Shown: in pieces, positions 37,605 to 46,817 of the stretch
How positions within the stretch are numbered: the first letter of the stretch is position 1
Layout of the letters: each line of letters starts with the position of its first letter
Assembly (NCBI GenBank): GCA_016198685.1
Contig: JACQID010000008.1
Span: 1-64,000, forward strand
Direction: 5' to 3'
From: Candidatus Aenigmatarchaeota archaeon
Lineage (GTDB): Archaea; Aenigmatarchaeota; Aenigmatarchaeia; GW2011-AR5
Length of the DNA: 64,000 bases
Notes under the pieces: model-generated
Told to the model about the DNA's origin: nothing
What the model saw: the letters and a program-made list of their open reading frames with translations, nothing else
Database searches by the model: none
Made by a program: the position numbers and the translations under genes

Positions 37605-37678
37605 TGGGAACGGAGGGATTTGAACCCCCGACAGCACGAGCTTCAGTCGTGTGCTCTCCCAGGCTGAGCTACGTTCCC
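37605..37678 (-). tRNA. tRNA-Phe(GAA), no intron
   Basis: GGGAACG/CGTTCCC acceptor; CACGA-CTGAAGC-TCGTG; GGTTCAAATCC. Confidence 0.96.
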
Positions 37679-37682
37679 AAAG

Positions 37683-37785
37683 CGCCCTCGCGCGGGCTCG
37701 AACCGCGGACCTTCTGGTTAACAGCCAGACGCTCTACCTATCTCAAAACGCTCCCGCAGGATACGTTTAACTGAGCTACAAGGGC
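37683..37785 (-). tRNA. tRNA-Asn(GTT) with a 30-nt intron at 16/17 (37740-37769)
   Basis: GCCCTTG/CGAGGGC acceptor; TCTGG-CTGTTAA-CCAGA; strict BHB with CTCA/TGAG central helix and AAACG/CGTTT outer helix. Confidence 0.94.
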
Positions 37786-37855
37786 TTAACTAAATCTGTT
37801 AGAAGTTATACTTTAATAAGTTTAAAAATGAGAAAATGAAAATGCAAAAGCAGAA

Positions 37856-38944
37856 TTAATCAATGAAATCCTTCTTCCTGAGCTTGTCCGGTAGGTATTC
37901 CTCGGACATGAATTTGAGGCCTCTATGCGAGAGAGCCTCTATCTCCGCTTTCACGCCTTTCTCTATCATGAGGTTTAGTTCCTTGACCCAACGCGGGTTC
38001 TTGTTGAACCATTCGTATTGAAGCAGCTCTTTTGCGCGCTTTATGTCAACTTCCCTTGTCTTTATAATGGCTTTTTTCAGGTCATAGTTATAGATGTCGC
38101 TGACTGTAAGGCCTATGAACCTCGCTTCAGGCGTTGCAATTCTGTCCGAAACGTGTGCTAAACTTATGGATCCGGATTTTATCACGGAATATATATAGAA
38201 ACCGTAGCTGTCGCTGTCTGCAAATACATAGACAGGCAGTTTATATTCGCTATTCAGTCTCTGTATCAAGAGTCTTGTCCCTCGGGACGGCTGGCCTCCT
38301 GTACCTATCAGTATGCACTTGAATTTCTGCCAGAATTTGTCCTCGTGAAGACGCTCGAATCCTGCGTTCTTCTCTACAACAAGCACGAACTCGGCTTTGA
38401 CGCTCTTGAATGTTATTTCATCCACCGTAGAGGGTATTGACCAGCCGCCGCTTCCGAGCTTGCCCCAGTTAATCTCGTCGCCTCGGTCTTCTATAATAAC
38501 ATCTCCTGCAACTATTCCTTTCCGATCGGTTGTCAGGTGCAAGTGCTCCCTTAACGTGTCAAGTGCGACCTCAAGATCCACAATAAGCGGATCGGATTCG
38601 CCTTGCTCATCAAATGTATTTTCATTGCTGTCAGCAAGCGTTCTCTTGAGGTTGTAATACATGTCTCTAATGCTCGCATGTATGCCTTCATCGAGCAGGC
38701 TTTTGCAGAAGCCGCCGACCATCATGGTCTGCATGAACTTCTTCGAGTGAGCAACGTTGAAAAAATATCTCTTGGCGGATTTGTCGCCCAGCATGAGCTG
38801 CTTCGTTTTCTTGTCAAATACAACGTTAGACAAAGTTCTGAGTGGAATGTCTATGCTTGGATTGCCTTCCTTTTCCAGCGTCTTGATTACATCTTCGCCC
38901 ATTTCAGCGAGTTTATTGCTTGTCTTCTTCACATCATCCGCCAT
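37856..38944 (-). CDS. top6A: DNA topoisomerase VI subunit A
   Basis: SIRDMYY (catalytic Tyr), VVEKNAGF, GGQPSRGTR, DSDSYG, KAEIEAL. Confidence 0.97.
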   Translation of the reverse strand: MADDVKKTSNKLAEMGEDVIKTLEKEGNPSIDIPLRTLSNVVFDKKTKQLMLGDKSAKRYFFNVAHSKKFMQTMMVGGFCKSLLDEGIHASIRDMYYNLKRTLADSNENTFDEQGESDPLIVDLEVALDTLREHLHLTTDRKGIVAGDVIIEDRGDEINWGKLGSGGWSIPSTVDEITFKSVKAEFVLVVEKNAGFERLHEDKFWQKFKCILIGTGGQPSRGTRLLIQRLNSEYKLPVYVFADSDSYGFYIYSVIKSGSISLAHVSDRIATPEARFIGLTVSDIYNYDLKKAIIKTREVDIKRAKELLQYEWFNKNPRWVKELNLMIEKGVKAEIEALSHRGLKFMSEEYLPDKLRKKDFID

Positions 38945-38946
38945 GA

Positions 38947-41900
38947 TTATTCACCCTCTTCCTGCTTAGGCGTTTCAGGTTCTTCAGCCAGGGCATCGCC
39001 GGCTTTCTCGGTAGCTTCCTTAAGCTTATTTCTGTTCTCTATTATGCCTTTGAGTTTCGCAAGTATGCTTTTTTCTTCCTTGCCCGTTAATATGTGCAGG
39101 GCAGTTGCGACTTCGACCGAGTATCGTTCGAATATCTGCAGCCTTCTTTTCTGTTCGCCTTCCTTGCGCTTGCCGGAAATGTATCTTGATAGTTGCCTGC
39201 CTGCGTCCTGTATCGCAAGCTTCATCTCCTTGACTATGTCCGGATAAGGGGCTATGGCTTCCTTGCTCTCCGAAACGAAAGGCACCCATGATGATGCCAT
39301 GTGAACCACTAGCACCATAGGACCCACTGGAACATTGCTTCCGGATTGCTGCAGGCCGTATCGCTTCCATTCGATTTCCTTGATCGCTTCCATTGTTGCG
39401 CCTGCGCCTGCCTGATAAAGAAGAGGCACACGGTTGGCAAATCTCATTATTTGTATCTGTTCATCCGCCTTCATCTCACCGCCGTATGCTATGCCCACTT
39501 CTATTTCAAAAGGGTTGCCTCTGTAAACCGTAGGCTCTCTCTGCACGGCGACAATGAATTCAGCGCCAGGAAACTCCTTCTTCAGGCTTTTCTCGAGTTC
39601 TTTCCCGCCTATAGGCGAGAGGCAATCAAGAGGCGGCCTCTGAAGCTTGGCTTCCTGCATAGCCTTCAGGAGTTTTTCTATCTGCGTCCTGTCAAGTGAT
39701 GCAGGCGCTGCCTGAGCATCTATCTTTGCCATGTTGCATATTTCCTTGGCGCTTTGTGCCCCTGTTGACGAGAAATCATTTGCTATGAAAGTGCTGACGT
39801 TTCTGCTTTTCGTATTAACCAGCATTCGCTGCAGAATTCCGAATTCTATGCCGTAAGGATGCGGCTTCATTTCCTTCGGCGCTTTTGGAAGTTCATTAAC
39901 GCTTCTTGGAAATATACTTTTGACGCCGTCAGGCGCAGTATACGTTATTTTTGCAAAAGGATTGGCTATCGACGTCTGCTTGAGATAATCATCGACCCCC
40001 TGTGTCTTCCTGTAACGACCGGACATCTCTATGCTGACTATTGTGCCGTGCTCTTTGAGAGGCGATTCGTCAAGATAATCTTCTTTGACAACTTTTGGCT
40101 CATTCTTCATCGTGTCTATATTCAGTTCAACATAAGTTGTCTTCTTGTCGCCCTCTGTGCGCGTCCATATCTTTGTAGGGGTTCCTGTTGTCAGTTGCGA
40201 GTATAATGCTACTGCAGATATCCCGATACCCTGCTGGCCGCGGCTGTTGTGGCACGATATGCCTCCCAAGCCGCCTATGAAATTTTCACACTCCGGAACC
40301 GATATATCATATACAAATTCGTAGCCTTCATTGAGGACTTCAATCGCCGTGACAGGGAGCATCACGATATCGGTCCCCTGTTCTGTGAGAAGGGCGGCGG
40401 AATTGTGATATATCGATCTCATTCTTGTCGTATTGGTAGTTTTGAAAACATAGGATGAGTTTATGTCCGTGCCGTATACCGAAACCACGTGGGCGGTATA
40501 CGGATTTCTCCCAAATCCTTTGCCGGTTCTTCGCGTCCTGCATGCCGCTATTCCCTGCATGGCCCAGAGATACATGAGTTCGTTGCAAAGGCGGGCGCTT
40601 ACGGTGCTGAACATAAGGCAGTTTCTTTTCCTGACTTTGTGGCCGTCTCCCTGGTAAAGGGCGTCTATGAAATGTTGCCTGTTTTCGCGGCTTGTCCTGA
40701 AGATGAACTCCGGGATGCGTTTGTTGTGCGCGCCTTTTCCGCACAGTTTTTCGAGCAGAAGGCTCATTACGTTGCCGAATATCTTGACCCTTATACTCCT
40801 TTCGCGCGGCTCGACCGTAAAGCTCAATCCCATCCTCCTTGCAAATCCTATGGTCTCCTCTATCAGGGAATCCTCGTGTTTTCCAAATGTTAGTCCTATC
40901 TGCCTTTTGTCAACGTGACCTTCGGCCACAAAAAGGCCGAGGAAACGCATGAAGAATCTTTCAAGTTTCAGGGCGACAGGTATCCTTGTAGGCTTCCCGT
41001 GGTAATAAGATTGCAATATGCAGTCTTTCAACATGGATGTTGGCACAAGCCTGAGTGCCAGATGAAGCGGCATAAATCCTTTGCTTGTATACTGCTTCCA
41101 GCTGTCATCAAGTATATCAATGCCGCCTATCCTGTAATATCTCCGGCTTTTATCTGTTTTGTTGTGCACGGTTAGGGATTTTTTGAATAATTCCTCGAAT
41201 ATGCTCTGCTCTATGCCGTATACATAAAACCAGTTAGCATCTATATCGCCAGGTTGGATGTAGTCAAGTATGTTTATCTCATCTATTTCTTCAGGAGGGG
41301 ATATTGCCCTCGGCGCCGCTATGAAATCTCCTATCCTGAGGTTTCTCGCTTCAACCTCCTTGAGTCCGGCCCCTTGGGCGGAAAACAGGCTATGACAGCC
41401 TGTCACCTTTATTTCCCTGTTGCCAGCAAGCTTTATTTTCAGTATCTCGTTTTCCCTTCTATGGCGTATTACATGGCTGACTTTGCGGAATGCATATTTA
41501 TACCCTTTCCAGTCGAAGGAAGGAACCTTTATATTGAGCGATGAAACATCTCGCAGTTCAGCATCCCCTATATACCGGTCCACAAGCTCTCCGATAGGGA
41601 GTATTTCGACTTTACCGTTAATGCATGCCATGACAGGCTCGTCATGCGTCAGAGACTGCCTCAATCTGTGGAATTTGCTTCCATAAAGTAGCTTTCCGAA
41701 TATTCGCGGAACCTGCTCTCTGACAATTCCCGGCCCGTTGTCCTGTACGGTAACAAGGAACTTATCTTCGCCAATATCCTTCATTTTAACGGCAAGGTCT
41801 GGAAGTATCTCGCTTTCTTCGCATGCATCGAGAGAATTGTCAACTGCCTCCTTTACAGCCATCAGTAGAGCCTTCGTAGGATTATCGAAACCTAAAAGGT

Positions 41901-41985
41901 GGCGATTCTTCTCAAAAAACTCACTTATTGATATCTCTTTCTGCATCGCTGCCATTTCTTGTGCTGTCTTTCCCATGATCATCAC
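38947..41985 (-). CDS. top6B: DNA topoisomerase VI subunit B containing an intein
   Basis: KEAVDNSLDA, DNGPG, GSKFHRLRQ|intein|SRGQQGIGIS, RFANRVPL; start may be 41976. Confidence 0.97.
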   Translation of the reverse strand: MMIMGKTAQEMAAMQKEISISEFFEKNRHLLGFDNPTKALLMAVKEAVDNSLDACEESEILPDLAVKMKDIGEDKFLVTVQDNGPGIVREQVPRIFGKLLYGSKFHRLRQSLTHDEPVMACINGKVEILPIGELVDRYIGDAELRDVSSLNIKVPSFDWKGYKYAFRKVSHVIRHRRENEILKIKLAGNREIKVTGCHSLFSAQGAGLKEVEARNLRIGDFIAAPRAISPPEEIDEINILDYIQPGDIDANWFYVYGIEQSIFEELFKKSLTVHNKTDKSRRYYRIGGIDILDDSWKQYTSKGFMPLHLALRLVPTSMLKDCILQSYYHGKPTRIPVALKLERFFMRFLGLFVAEGHVDKRQIGLTFGKHEDSLIEETIGFARRMGLSFTVEPRERSIRVKIFGNVMSLLLEKLCGKGAHNKRIPEFIFRTSRENRQHFIDALYQGDGHKVRKRNCLMFSTVSARLCNELMYLWAMQGIAACRTRRTGKGFGRNPYTAHVVSVYGTDINSSYVFKTTNTTRMRSIYHNSAALLTEQGTDIVMLPVTAIEVLNEGYEFVYDISVPECENFIGGLGGISCHNSRGQQGIGISAVALYSQLTTGTPTKIWTRTEGDKKTTYVELNIDTMKNEPKVVKEDYLDESPLKEHGTIVSIEMSGRYRKTQGVDDYLKQTSIANPFAKITYTAPDGVKSIFPRSVNELPKAPKEMKPHPYGIEFGILQRMLVNTKSRNVSTFIANDFSSTGAQSAKEICNMAKIDAQAAPASLDRTQIEKLLKAMQEAKLQRPPLDCLSPIGGKELEKSLKKEFPGAEFIVAVQREPTVYRGNPFEIEVGIAYGGEMKADEQIQIMRFANRVPLLYQAGAGATMEAIKEIEWKRYGLQQSGSNVPVGPMVLVVHMASSWVPFVSESKEAIAPYPDIVKEMKLAIQDAGRQLSRYISGKRKEGEQKRRLQIFERYSVEVATALHILTGKEEKSILAKLKGIIENRNKLKEATEKAGDALAEEPETPKQEEGE
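40246..41655 (-). mobile_element. 470-aa intein with LAGLIDADG homing endonuclease
   Basis: Begins SLTHDEPV; block B TGCHSLF; FLGLFVAEG and FIDALYQGDG; ends VYDISV...CHN before a +1 Ser. Confidence 0.95.
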
Positions 41986-42484
41986 TCTTTATTTTTTTTA
42001 TAGCGCGGTAGGCATTCTTGTGAGGTGCGCCGCTTATGAGCTTGTCAAGCGCCTTTACTGCAAGTTCCACACGCTCGTGCCCCCCTATCACGGAAACCGT
42101 CTTGCCGTAAACGGAGAGCCGTGTTTTTGTTTCCCGTTCTATGCGCCTTCTTGCTTTCCCGCGCGTGCCTATGATTCTTGCTCTTACCCTTTCCAATCCT
42201 TTCTCCGGCAGGTTCATTATGTGGAGGGTTTGGGTTTCGTCAAGAAGCTTTAGCGCTGCCATTGGCGGGAACCCCCTTCCAATTGCACTTATTATTTGCG
42301 CTGCAACCATGACATCCAGGGGATCTCCCCTTATCACTATGGCATCTCCTATATTTATTCTTGTCCGCGTTTTGGCTTCTATTTCATTCTTCGTTGTACC
42401 GGCCCTGCCTATCAAAACGGCCTTTCTTTCTTCCGGTATTTTAATATCCTTTTCAGCGTAGTTATCGGAATCCATCCGCATCAC
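41921..42484 (-). CDS. KH-domain ribosome biogenesis protein (Dim2/Pno1/Krr1 family)
   Basis: LIGRAG, AIGRGF, RIIGTRGKAR, GAPHKNAY. Confidence 0.93.
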   Translation of the reverse strand: MMRMDSDNYAEKDIKIPEERKAVLIGRAGTTKNEIEAKTRTRINIGDAIVIRGDPLDVMVAAQIISAIGRGFPPMAALKLLDETQTLHIMNLPEKGLERVRARIIGTRGKARRRIERETKTRLSVYGKTVSVIGGHERVELAVKALDKLISGAPHKNAYRAIKKIKSDDHGKDSTRNGSDAERDINK

Positions 42485-42777
42485 ATGGTCAGAATGCCTT
42501 TTCTTCGAAGAGCGTTAGACTCTGTCGAAGTATATCTCCATATTACGTCGCCGTTTGTATCGCCTTGTATGTCCCAGGGCTTTAGTATCACGTAATCCCC
42601 TAACCTTATCCACACTTTTTTCTTCAGCTTGCCGGGTATCCTGCCAAGCCGTACCTTTCCATCCTGGCATCTGACTCGGAGGCGGCTCGCGCCTAACATT
42701 GACTCGACGAGTCCAAGGACTTCGCCCTGTCTGGGGGTCCTGATTCTTACCTCTTGGGGCTGTTCATCCATGATCAT
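42481..42777 (-). CDS. eif1a: Translation initiation factor aIF-1A
   Basis: MLGASRLRVRCQDG, RIPGKLKKKVWIRLGD, VIWRY. Confidence 0.97.
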   Translation of the reverse strand: MIMDEQPQEVRIRTPRQGEVLGLVESMLGASRLRVRCQDGKVRLGRIPGKLKKKVWIRLGDYVILKPWDIQGDTNGDVIWRYTSTESNALRRKGILTM

Positions 42778-42778
42778 A

Positions 42779-43387
42779 TCACCTTATTGAGTAGACGCTT
42801 CTATAAAGCATCTTTCCATCCTTTTCTCCTGCAAGCTTAAAAGAGCTTATAACCTTGAACTCTTTTCCAAGGCTGGTAGCAACCCTGATGGCTTCGGATT
42901 TCCGTACTATTCTTGCATCATACCCCTCCTTCTTAGTGTCTATGCGAGCAAGGTACTGAGGCGCCACCATTTGTTTGACCAATTCGAGTATTTCTTCTTT
43001 CTGGCTGCCCCTTATCTGGAGAACCGCCTCATGATAATTCCCTGAAAGCCTTGAGCAGTTTTCGCAAAGTCTTTTCCTTACCGAAATGCGGATAGTCTTT
43101 AGTTCTTTTCTTGTCTTGCCCCCTGTCAGGGCTATGGTTGCAGTCACCGTTGCAGTAACAGGCCCTTTAAGGTTTGTCTCGACCTTGAAGGACTTGACGT
43201 TCTTTATGTTTTCGAGTGACTTGTCTATCCTCTCCTTAATATGATTTTGAGCCTTCTCTTCGCCGTCAGGGCAGCGGGGGCACATGATTATCTCAAAGCT
43301 CTTGAGCCTGAGAGCGCTCTTTTTAGACAGGCATTCCACGCAAATATAGCCGGATTCAGCGTTCTTTCCGCATTCTATACAGAACAT
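42779..43387 (-). CDS. NMD3-family protein, short form
   Basis: CxxC motifs; CENCSRLSGNYHEAVLQIR. Confidence 0.88.
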   Translation of the reverse strand: MFCIECGKNAESGYICVECLSKKSALRLKSFEIIMCPRCPDGEEKAQNHIKERIDKSLENIKNVKSFKVETNLKGPVTATVTATIALTGGKTRKELKTIRISVRKRLCENCSRLSGNYHEAVLQIRGSQKEEILELVKQMVAPQYLARIDTKKEGYDARIVRKSEAIRVATSLGKEFKVISSFKLAGEKDGKMLYRSVYSIR

Positions 43388-43388
43388 C

Positions 43389-44453
43389 CTAATAGAACGT
43401 TTTCCATATTAAAATAGTTATCTTGTAAGGGTCTGAGCCGACAGCTCCGGGAAAATCGTACCGCATATAAGGCTGCCTTGAAGGCAGGTCTCTTTCTGAT
43501 ATAACATATCTTTCCCCGGATTCCCAGATTATCGCAGCCCTTAGCAGCTTGTTAATATCATCATTGCGTATTGTAACAGACCCGTCGTCATTTAAGATAA
43601 ACGCCTCACCGTCATAAGCTGCAAACCACAACGCTCTTCCGCCTGCTTCACGTCCTTTCACAAAAGAGACAGAACCCGAATTGATCACGCTCCCTTCCCC
43701 TGCGCTTATCTGGTTGGCGCCCGCAGAAGGATTGAAATTAAAGTTTTCAGAGCTTTGATATGCCGAAGAAGCTGTGAAATATTTCGCAATTTTGTAGGGA
43801 ATTTTCCGGATATCATCGCTTTGCGTGAATGTGCCCGGAGAACCCCCTGCGCTTCCTGTCCATTGAAGGCCGAAAACGTCAGTCAACGCAGGCCCTATAG
43901 TCTCGTCATTAAAATGCGCTTGCTGGATATCGGCGAGCAGCATAACGTTTCTGCCTTGGATGATCCAATTATCAAGTCTTTGTTGTTGGCCGGACAAGTC
44001 TGATGTGCGCAGAAATAGTATTATGTCCGCCGCTCTATCAACATTGCCTATGTCCGGGTCAGCACTCATGATTATTGAAATCACCCTTTCATTATAGGCG
44101 AAAAACGTTCCGATAAGGCCCAGCCGTGTTCTTATAATATCAGCCTCTGCGATTGTGCACACGCAATGTATCTTTATTTCAGGTGGTGGCGCTCCTGATA
44201 TCTCTGCAGAGTAATCGGTTGTAGACGGCATTATTCTATCCAGTGCAGTCTTGACAGCAGCAGGATCGCCAGAATAGAATGATTCATTTACCGTTCCGCC
44301 TATGTAAAGCGCGGAAACCGTATCCTGAACGAGGGTTCTAAGCGATGCAGAATTCCAGAACGAATAATCATACGTTGTAAAGAAATAGGTAAGTGATGTG
44401 AATAATATTATTGACGATATCAGCGCCTCCAGTATCCTTACAAACCCTTTCAT
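43389..44453 (-). CDS. Pilin-like protein with class III signal peptide (354 aa)
   Basis: MKG/FVRILEALISSIIL; within the pilus locus. Confidence 0.75.
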   Translation of the reverse strand: MKGFVRILEALISSIILFTSLTYFFTTYDYSFWNSASLRTLVQDTVSALYIGGTVNESFYSGDPAAVKTALDRIMPSTTDYSAEISGAPPPEIKIHCVCTIAEADIIRTRLGLIGTFFAYNERVISIIMSADPDIGNVDRAADIILFLRTSDLSGQQQRLDNWIIQGRNVMLLADIQQAHFNDETIGPALTDVFGLQWTGSAGGSPGTFTQSDDIRKIPYKIAKYFTASSAYQSSENFNFNPSAGANQISAGEGSVINSGSVSFVKGREAGGRALWFAAYDGEAFILNDDGSVTIRNDDINKLLRAAIIWESGERYVISERDLPSRQPYMRYDFPGAVGSDPYKITILIWKTFY

Positions 44454-44971
44454 CAGCCTGCCACCGTAATGTCCAATGTTATTAGTTCTGGCGCCAGCGG
44501 AGACTTATCAAGCAGGGCCACCCTTCTTGCAGTGTATTCTGATACACCTGCAATTGCGGGCGGCGGGCAAAAGACTAGTACATTGCCTGACTGGTCCGTT
44601 ACCTGTATCCCCACTCCTCCGCCGGATGTGAGCATCGACGTAAGTTTGACGAAATTCGCGGCAACAGGCGGGTTGCAAAAGCTGTCAAGAGTGCTGAGTT
44701 TTTCCTCGGAAAGATAGAATCTTTTGCCTGAAGATAGTCCTATTGTTTCTACCGCTTCTGGATTGCTGGCCAGCAGAATTTCCCAGTTACGAGTGCCGCT
44801 TCCGTATATCAGCATATCTGATATTCTGTATGATTCAGCTATTATGTTATTGAAATCGCTTTCTTCTTCCAGGAAGGGTATGCGGGAATTTATCGTAAGC
44901 AATATGAATGATGCCGTGCCTATGAATATAGCTATGGCAAGTATGAATTCGATGTCCAACATTCCTTTCAT
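44453..44971 (-). CDS. Pilin-like protein with class III signal peptide
   Basis: MKG/MLDIEFILAIAIF. Confidence 0.78.
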   Translation of the reverse strand: MKGMLDIEFILAIAIFIGTASFILLTINSRIPFLEEESDFNNIIAESYRISDMLIYGSGTRNWEILLASNPEAVETIGLSSGKRFYLSEEKLSTLDSFCNPPVAANFVKLTSMLTSGGGVGIQVTDQSGNVLVFCPPPAIAGVSEYTARRVALLDKSPLAPELITLDITVAG

Positions 44972-44977
44972 GAGAGC

Positions 44978-45952
44978 TTACACCAGCCCGAGCCTGACTA
45001 CGATAAGGTAAATGAATACTCCAAATATGAACATGATCACGCTGTGCTTTACGCCGGCCGCAAGCGAGTCTGAGCCTATCTGGCCTGCTATGAGACCTGA
45101 GAATATGGCCTGTATTGCGACCATTACAAAAAACAGCGACTTATAGTATGATGAGGGTTCCTTTGGATCGCCAAAGCCGAAGGCAAGGGAAACTGAACCG
45201 AATGTCGTGCAACCAAAGCATGCCGGAACCGTAGAGCCTACGCATTTTTCGCAGGGGTTCTGTGTGGGAAGGAAAGATGAGTATGAACTCAGTCCTGTGT
45301 TAATGCTGGACGTAGTGCCAGGTGCAAGACGAGACTCAACAAGCGGTATAAGAAACTTGACAAGAGAGAGCGATATGCCAACGAATATGAAAAATATCGC
45401 ATATAGCATCATCACCTGCTGATTAAGAAGTGCGGCTTTCTCATCCGCGACATCTTTAAGCAATTCTATATTATTCGCCAAAGAGTCCATTATGTCTTCT
45501 ACTTTTTCGCCTGATTTATTCGCCTGCTCGATGACCATCATAGATCTTACTATCAAGGGGCTTCCACTGACTCTGTCCGTGAAGCTATCAAAGACCTTTT
45601 CTAATGGCACGTTCCAGCTGAGCTGAAGTGCCATCTTCTGCACATGGGGCGTTAACGAGCCATAATTGGATTTGGCCACAAGTCGTATGCTCTGCATTAT
45701 GCTAAGCCCTGCTCTTTGAGCTTCTGCAAGATCTCTAAGAAACACAGGGAATTCCTCTTCGTATATCTTGATCTTCTTGAACTCGAAAAAGCTGTATGCG
45801 GCATATGGAAGTATGAGGATGAGTATTCCGAGGAAAATGAGATTTGCAGAGAGTGCAAAATCCCTTCCGAATATCATCGAGAGTATCAGCATCAGGAGGA
45901 ATCCGGCTGCTGATGCGGCTATTAGCTTTTCCTTGTCACTGTATTTTTTCAT
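44978..45952 (-). CDS. Type IV pilus platform protein (T2SS-F/TadC-like)
   Basis: EEEFPVFLRDLAEAQRAG, YGSLT; multiple TM segments. Confidence 0.9.
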   Translation of the reverse strand: MKKYSDKEKLIAASAAGFLLMLILSMIFGRDFALSANLIFLGILILILPYAAYSFFEFKKIKIYEEEFPVFLRDLAEAQRAGLSIMQSIRLVAKSNYGSLTPHVQKMALQLSWNVPLEKVFDSFTDRVSGSPLIVRSMMVIEQANKSGEKVEDIMDSLANNIELLKDVADEKAALLNQQVMMLYAIFFIFVGISLSLVKFLIPLVESRLAPGTTSSINTGLSSYSSFLPTQNPCEKCVGSTVPACFGCTTFGSVSLAFGFGDPKEPSSYYKSLFFVMVAIQAIFSGLIAGQIGSDSLAAGVKHSVIMFIFGVFIYLIVVRLGLV

Positions 45953-45956
45953 TGCA

Positions 45957-46817
45957 TCAACTCAATGGAGATATTGACTTTATCAGTATCATGAATCCTG
46001 CTGAAAGGAGCGGCAGAAGCACAAAAACTATGAACGTTTGTATGAGCGCAGTCTCTGCGCCTCCGCTTATCGAGGCTATGATCGACGACAAAACTATGAA
46101 GAATATAGCGCCGACTATTATCAGCGTCAGGTATATTTCTACGAATAGCGACAAATCCTGTGAGTATTTTTTTATTTTTCGCCTGTAATCGGCCATGAGT
46201 TCATTGCCCTTGCCTTTCAGGTATACATTGACGTTTCCGCCCGAGCTGTAAATATTATTTATGCCCCATAGCAGTTCTTTGAATTCCTTGGACGGAGTCG
46301 TCTTGGCCCTCTTCTTTATTGCCGAATGAATAGGCATGCCCAGAATTTCCACGTCTCTGACTATGCTCTGTGAGTCCGTGGATATCTCTCCGTATTCCTT
46401 GAATTGGGAAAGCGTCTTGAAGAAGAATATCAAGGGCACGTCGGCACTCGATACCGAAGACATGTAGGAAACTGCAAACGGCAATGCCTTGTTTATCTTC
46501 ACTTCCCTGTTTTTTGCTATGGCTCCGGGATATGAATAGAAAAGAAAGAGGAGCGCCCCAGCTATGGAAAAAGAAAGGGTTATAGAAAGTAGTATGGCTA
46601 TCAAAGGTGCCATGCCCATTAGCCCGAATATAAAGGCAAATATGACTGTCTCCATGACAAAAGTCGTGAGAGTTACGAACGCGGCTATGGACAGCCATTC
46701 TTCCAGGGTATATTTGAGGTTGGCTTTTTGGAGATTTTCCTTGACATCGAGAAAGTATACGGAAAATCCCTTCACATAGGTTCCGAATATGCCATACGAT
46801 ATGCTTTCCAACTTCAT
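45957..46817 (-). CDS. Type IV pilus platform protein (T2SS-F/TadC-like)
   Basis: INKALPFA, YGEIS, TTPSKEFKELL. Confidence 0.9.
   Translation of the reverse strand: MKLESISYGIFGTYVKGFSVYFLDVKENLQKANLKYTLEEWLSIAAFVTLTTFVMETVIFAFIFGLMGMAPLIAILLSITLSFSIAGALLFLFYSYPGAIAKNREVKINKALPFAVSYMSSVSSADVPLIFFFKTLSQFKEYGEISTDSQSIVRDVEILGMPIHSAIKKRAKTTPSKEFKELLWGINNIYSSGGNVNVYLKGKGNELMADYRRKIKKYSQDLSLFVEIYLTLIIVGAIFFIVLSSIIASISGGAETALIQTFIVFVLLPLLSAGFMILIKSISPLS

Noticed and set aside
37400-37774. 124-aa plus-strand ORF
   Set aside because: Overlaps tRNA-Phe and tRNA-Asn
41921-41985. Overlap between the KH gene and top6B as a fusion or frameshift signal
   Set aside because: Both proteins are complete; the overlap is a low-complexity tail past the top6B start
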